Part shown: positions 60,049-64,000 of the stretch, piece after piece
Position numbering within the stretch: the stretch's first letter is position 1
Layout of the letters: every line of letters starts with the position of its first letter
DNA from: Blastocystis sp. Blastoise
Taxonomy: Eukaryota; Protista; Bigyra: Opalinata
Direction of reading: 5' to 3'
NCBI GenBank assembly: GCA_039096225.1
Contig: JBBPEB010000013.1
Span: 62,001-126,000 of the forward strand
DNA length: 64,000 nucleotides
The notes under the pieces: model-generated
What the model was told of the DNA's origin: nothing
The model's database searches: none
What the model saw: only the letters and a program-made list of their open reading frames with translations
Position numbers and translations under genes: made by a program

Positions 60049-61213
60049 TTTATAGCCTTACAGCCCTTAAAAAACGATTACTAAATAAAATTTATTATTA
60101 AAATAATAAAAAATTTATGTGAAGTTTCTAGATATTATTTATATTCATTTTTAGAAAGGATTCATTGAAGAATAACAAAAATACAAATAACTGAATGACT
60201 GTACAGTTTGGATTCATATTAATCCAGTTTTTTACTACTTTTCCAGTGAGGAATTATGCATATTCACGGTTATTTTGTTATGGCACATAATTCTTCATAG
60301 TTCTTTTTTGGGGTCAGAATACTTAAGAAAAGAAACGAATCTTTTCTCCAGAAGTTTTCTCTATTCGTTATAGAATTGTGTCTCAGTTTTCTTTTCTTTC
60401 TTGTTATAAGTTCTATACTGACTCTTCTTTTACTATCATTTCAACGTCTTTACTATTCTTGAAACCATATATGTAACGTAGTAAAACCAAGTATATATAA
60501 TTCCACAATTACTTTTTGAAATTTTTTTTTTCGTTTTTTAATATTTATTAATCGGTTTCTAAAATAGAATTCACAGATTGTCGTTGATGAAGTATGAAAA
60601 GAATGCTCTAAGAACGTCAGTATTTAAAATAGACACATATTTTCATTGTAAACACTTTCCCTAGATACCATAATTTGTTTATACTTCTTCGAAAATCTAT
60701 TTAAACTCTATATTATAGAAATAAAGGTATCAGATCACAAATGATATAACTGGGTTTTGAATGTTCTCTTTTATATCTTCTTGTATGAATGCTATATTCT
60801 ATACATCAAAACTGTGAACATGATCCGATGACTATTCAATTATGAAAATGGTAACTATTTCGTGGATCTGCAAATTGAAAAAAAAGCATTATTTTCATAT
60901 AGATTTATAGAATATGTCTGTAAAAACATGTTGTGAACACTGTCAAGACAGAATATTCAATTAAAGAGATTGAATAGTTTTAGATAGTCAATCATTACTA
61001 ATAACTTGTGCCAAAAAATGTGTTATCGTGAATACTAAAACTATTTAAGAAGTAAAATATAGTATATTAGGATCATAAGCTGATATTGACAAAGGAAAAC
61101 AACAAAACAGGATAAAACGAATATATTCTAAAAAATTGTAAACAAGAAAATTTCTTAGAAACATCGAGTGGAAAATCTAATCATTTTTATTAATTACAAT
61201 TCACTATTATATT

Positions 61214-62743
61214 ATGACTGGAAAAGGAAATAGATTAGCTCATTCTGATCAAGGTCCTGCGAAGAGTGGGAAATCATATAAGTTTCTAAATTCTGATATG
61301 AACCTTGATTATGTAATGAATCAACATGGATTGATGAATCAGAATTTCGCTTTTAATTATCAGGATACATCGTTTGCTTACGAGGGTTCAAATCAGATTT
61401 TACAACAGAGTTTTGGTTTACTTAGTAAAAAAAGTGATCAGTCAAGACAACGAGTATTCTATTTTTATATTATTCACTTTTTTTTAGAAAGTTGTGTTGT
61501 GTATTGTTTATGTGTTTTTAAAATATTTAAATCTTTTTATTTTAGGGTTTGAAATCGATTTTAACTGAAATAGAAACTATGTCTGATGACGAGCTCTTAT
61601 TAGCTATTCCTCCTTTTGTATATTATTATGAACAACTTTATTATTCTAATGATAAACAAGTTCGATATTGTGCAAATAGTTGTATGTTTTTTTTTGTTAT
61701 AGTTACAAGAATATTTTTATTTTTAACAAAATATTTTTATTTAGTATTAAAAACCCTTGGAACTCATTGTCCTAAAGGATTCAAGCCCTATATGACTCAA
61801 TTGATGCCTATATGGTGCTTATATATGAATGATATATTTCCTTTTGTTTCTGATGAAGCTAAAAGTGCTTTTGATGTATATATATATATGCATTATTATT
61901 ATTCATTTGTTTAAATATATTATTGGAATATTTGTATTCTATATGTATTATTATTTCTATTATAATGATTTTATATATATATATATATATAGTCCATTAT
62001 ACCTACAGCTAGTCATACTGCAGTATTTACAAAATATCTCGATATTATTATGAAAACTGCTTCTAAATATATTGATATCCCTCAAACAACATTACAAAAG
62101 AAATGTGATACAGAAGGTATATATGTGTATATATATATATAATGTGATATTCATTATATAGATATAATAACGGAATGTAGAGAACGTCTTCATATTACTA
62201 GCTTACAAGTATATATATTCCTGCTACAACAACATCTCACTCTTGAAACAAACCACTATACTATCTTATATAATGTATATATTATATTTTTTTATTTATT
62301 ATATTTATTATTTTATTTATTATTTTATTTTTATTTATTATTTTATTTATTATTTTATTATTATTATATTTGTATATCTAGTATTATATTTATTATTATA
62401 TTTATTAATATATTTATATATATTTTTTACTATTTTTTATAATCTCTTGTTTATTTTTATTCTTTCTCTCTCTATATATATAGTATTATATAACAACTCT
62501 ACCCACAACTATACGTTCTTCTTCTCTCCCTCTTTCTATTTGTGCTCTCACTTTCTTAAATACTCTCTATTCTTCTATCTCCTTCTCTCAATTACTTGAA
62601 TATGTACCTCAAGGACTTGAAGGAATGATTGCTTTTAAGAAAGCATGTAGAAGCATATTGAATAGTATTGGAGATTGCACGGATACCAGTGTACAGAAAC
62701 ATTTGATTGGCACTTGGATGAATCTTGTTATTAAGTATATAGA

Positions 62744-62801
<58 letters not shown>

Positions 62802-64000
62802 ATGGGAAGATATTTGGACTTATTCAAATCATGATGAATGTATTAATTTACTTATAAAAAGACTTAAAAAGTATCTCATTATAATTTATATATTATTTTT
62901 ATATTATATATTATAATTATATTATTATTATATATATATATTATTATATAGTAATCAAGTAGATAATTCCTATCTCTTAGAACACATGAATCTTCTTCTT
63001 CCTCTTATGAAGAAGTATATATATATATAATATTATCTTTCATTCTCTATATATATATAAATATATAATATTATTTTTCATTCTATATATATAAATAAAT
63101 ATATACTATTTTCTTTCATTCTCTATAGAATAGGAGTAGATACATATAAAGGTGAAAAAGTCAATTTCTACACTTTACTCCTAACTACTTTATATGCATT
63201 CTTAAAAGCTAATAAAGAAATTAATATATATTATTATGTTGATTTCTTATATGTTTTCCACTTAACGCTATCCTTAGGTATTTACTCTATTTATATATAT
63301 ATATATATATTATAGAAATAATTTTATTTTTGGTATTCTATATATAATATAGTATTATATGTTTTTACGTAAATAATACTATATACATATATATAGATAT
63401 GCCTTTACCTGCGACTTCTGTAGATTTACCTATTTCCATGTTTACTAAGGAAGATCCTCCTCTATTTGCGACTCTTCTCAATTATCTAGATAACCACGGG
63501 AATAATCAACAAGATGAAACATTCAAACGTATCATCGATCTCCTTTCTAGTATATATATACTTATATATTCTGATATTTCTACCTATATTTATACTTATA
63601 TATAATCTTTATTTATACTTATATCTATATAGGTATATATGAAGATATTATACATAATTCTGCTCCTACTGCGAAAACTATTTTAAAAACTCTTATTTCT
63701 TATATAAAGAACTATACTAAATATGGACCTCTATATATATGTCTATTTATAAAATTATTAGAAACAGAAGCTAAAGGTATATATATATATATATAGTATT
63801 ATCATTATTAATATTCTTATTTAAATCTTCATCATAATATTCTATATATATATAGATAATATTATTCTTTCGCTTCATAATTATTTTGAAGATATCTTTA
63901 ATAGTCCACTTATGCAAAATCCCCGTGAAAATCCAATCGAAAATATCAATTACTTTTTTTCTATTTTACAACAAATTATGACCCTGTATATTATTTTTAT
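61214..64000 (+). CDS. LTN1: Listerin/LTN1 RQC E3 ligase, N-terminal part; runs off the window
   Basis: N-terminal MTGKGNR...PAKSG, then LLSKKSDQSRQRGL...FVYYYEQLYYSNDKQVRYCA...FKPYMTQLMPIWCLYMND...VSDEAKSAFD, colinear with the LTN1 N-terminal HEAT domain. Introns are in phase. The RING is outside the window. Confidence 0.75.

Noticed and set aside
59899-60084. 61-aa plus-strand ORF
   Set aside because: Antisense shadow of the minus-strand microprotein gene.

Overview
Very AT-rich, intron-dense eukaryotic nuclear DNA. It is most consistent with a Blastocystis-like stramenopile (inferred from the F5/8-Ig surface protein, the TLDc protein and the minor introns; not proven). Most ORFs in the supplied track are artefacts of intronic microsatellites. 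Manual splicing gives 14 protein-coding genes: SRP40/Nopp140-like, USP5/UBP14-like, Sec23-like, threonine synthase-like, UBR1-like E3, TLDc protein, a large galactose-binding/F5-8/Ig surface protein, a mitochondrial carrier, GIGYF-like, phosphoglucomutase, an ADP1-like ABCG with an N-terminal Frizzled-like CRD, MAF1, a 59-aa Stf2/SERBP1/PDCD4-motif microprotein absent from the ORF track, and the 5' part of LTN1. The window opens with a 32-bp TGACGTCA tandem array. Most notable: (1) strong exonic enrichment of CCGCGG, plus CACGTG and TGACGC, through synonymous G/C codons; (2) a CRD-EGF-ABCG protein whose ATPase motifs are degenerate; (3) two AT-AC minor introns in that gene with matching 3' ends; (4) the ribosome-binding-motif microprotein; (5) internal introns bracketed by self-complementary (TA)n instead of a polypyrimidine tract. 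All counts and splice calls were made by eye.
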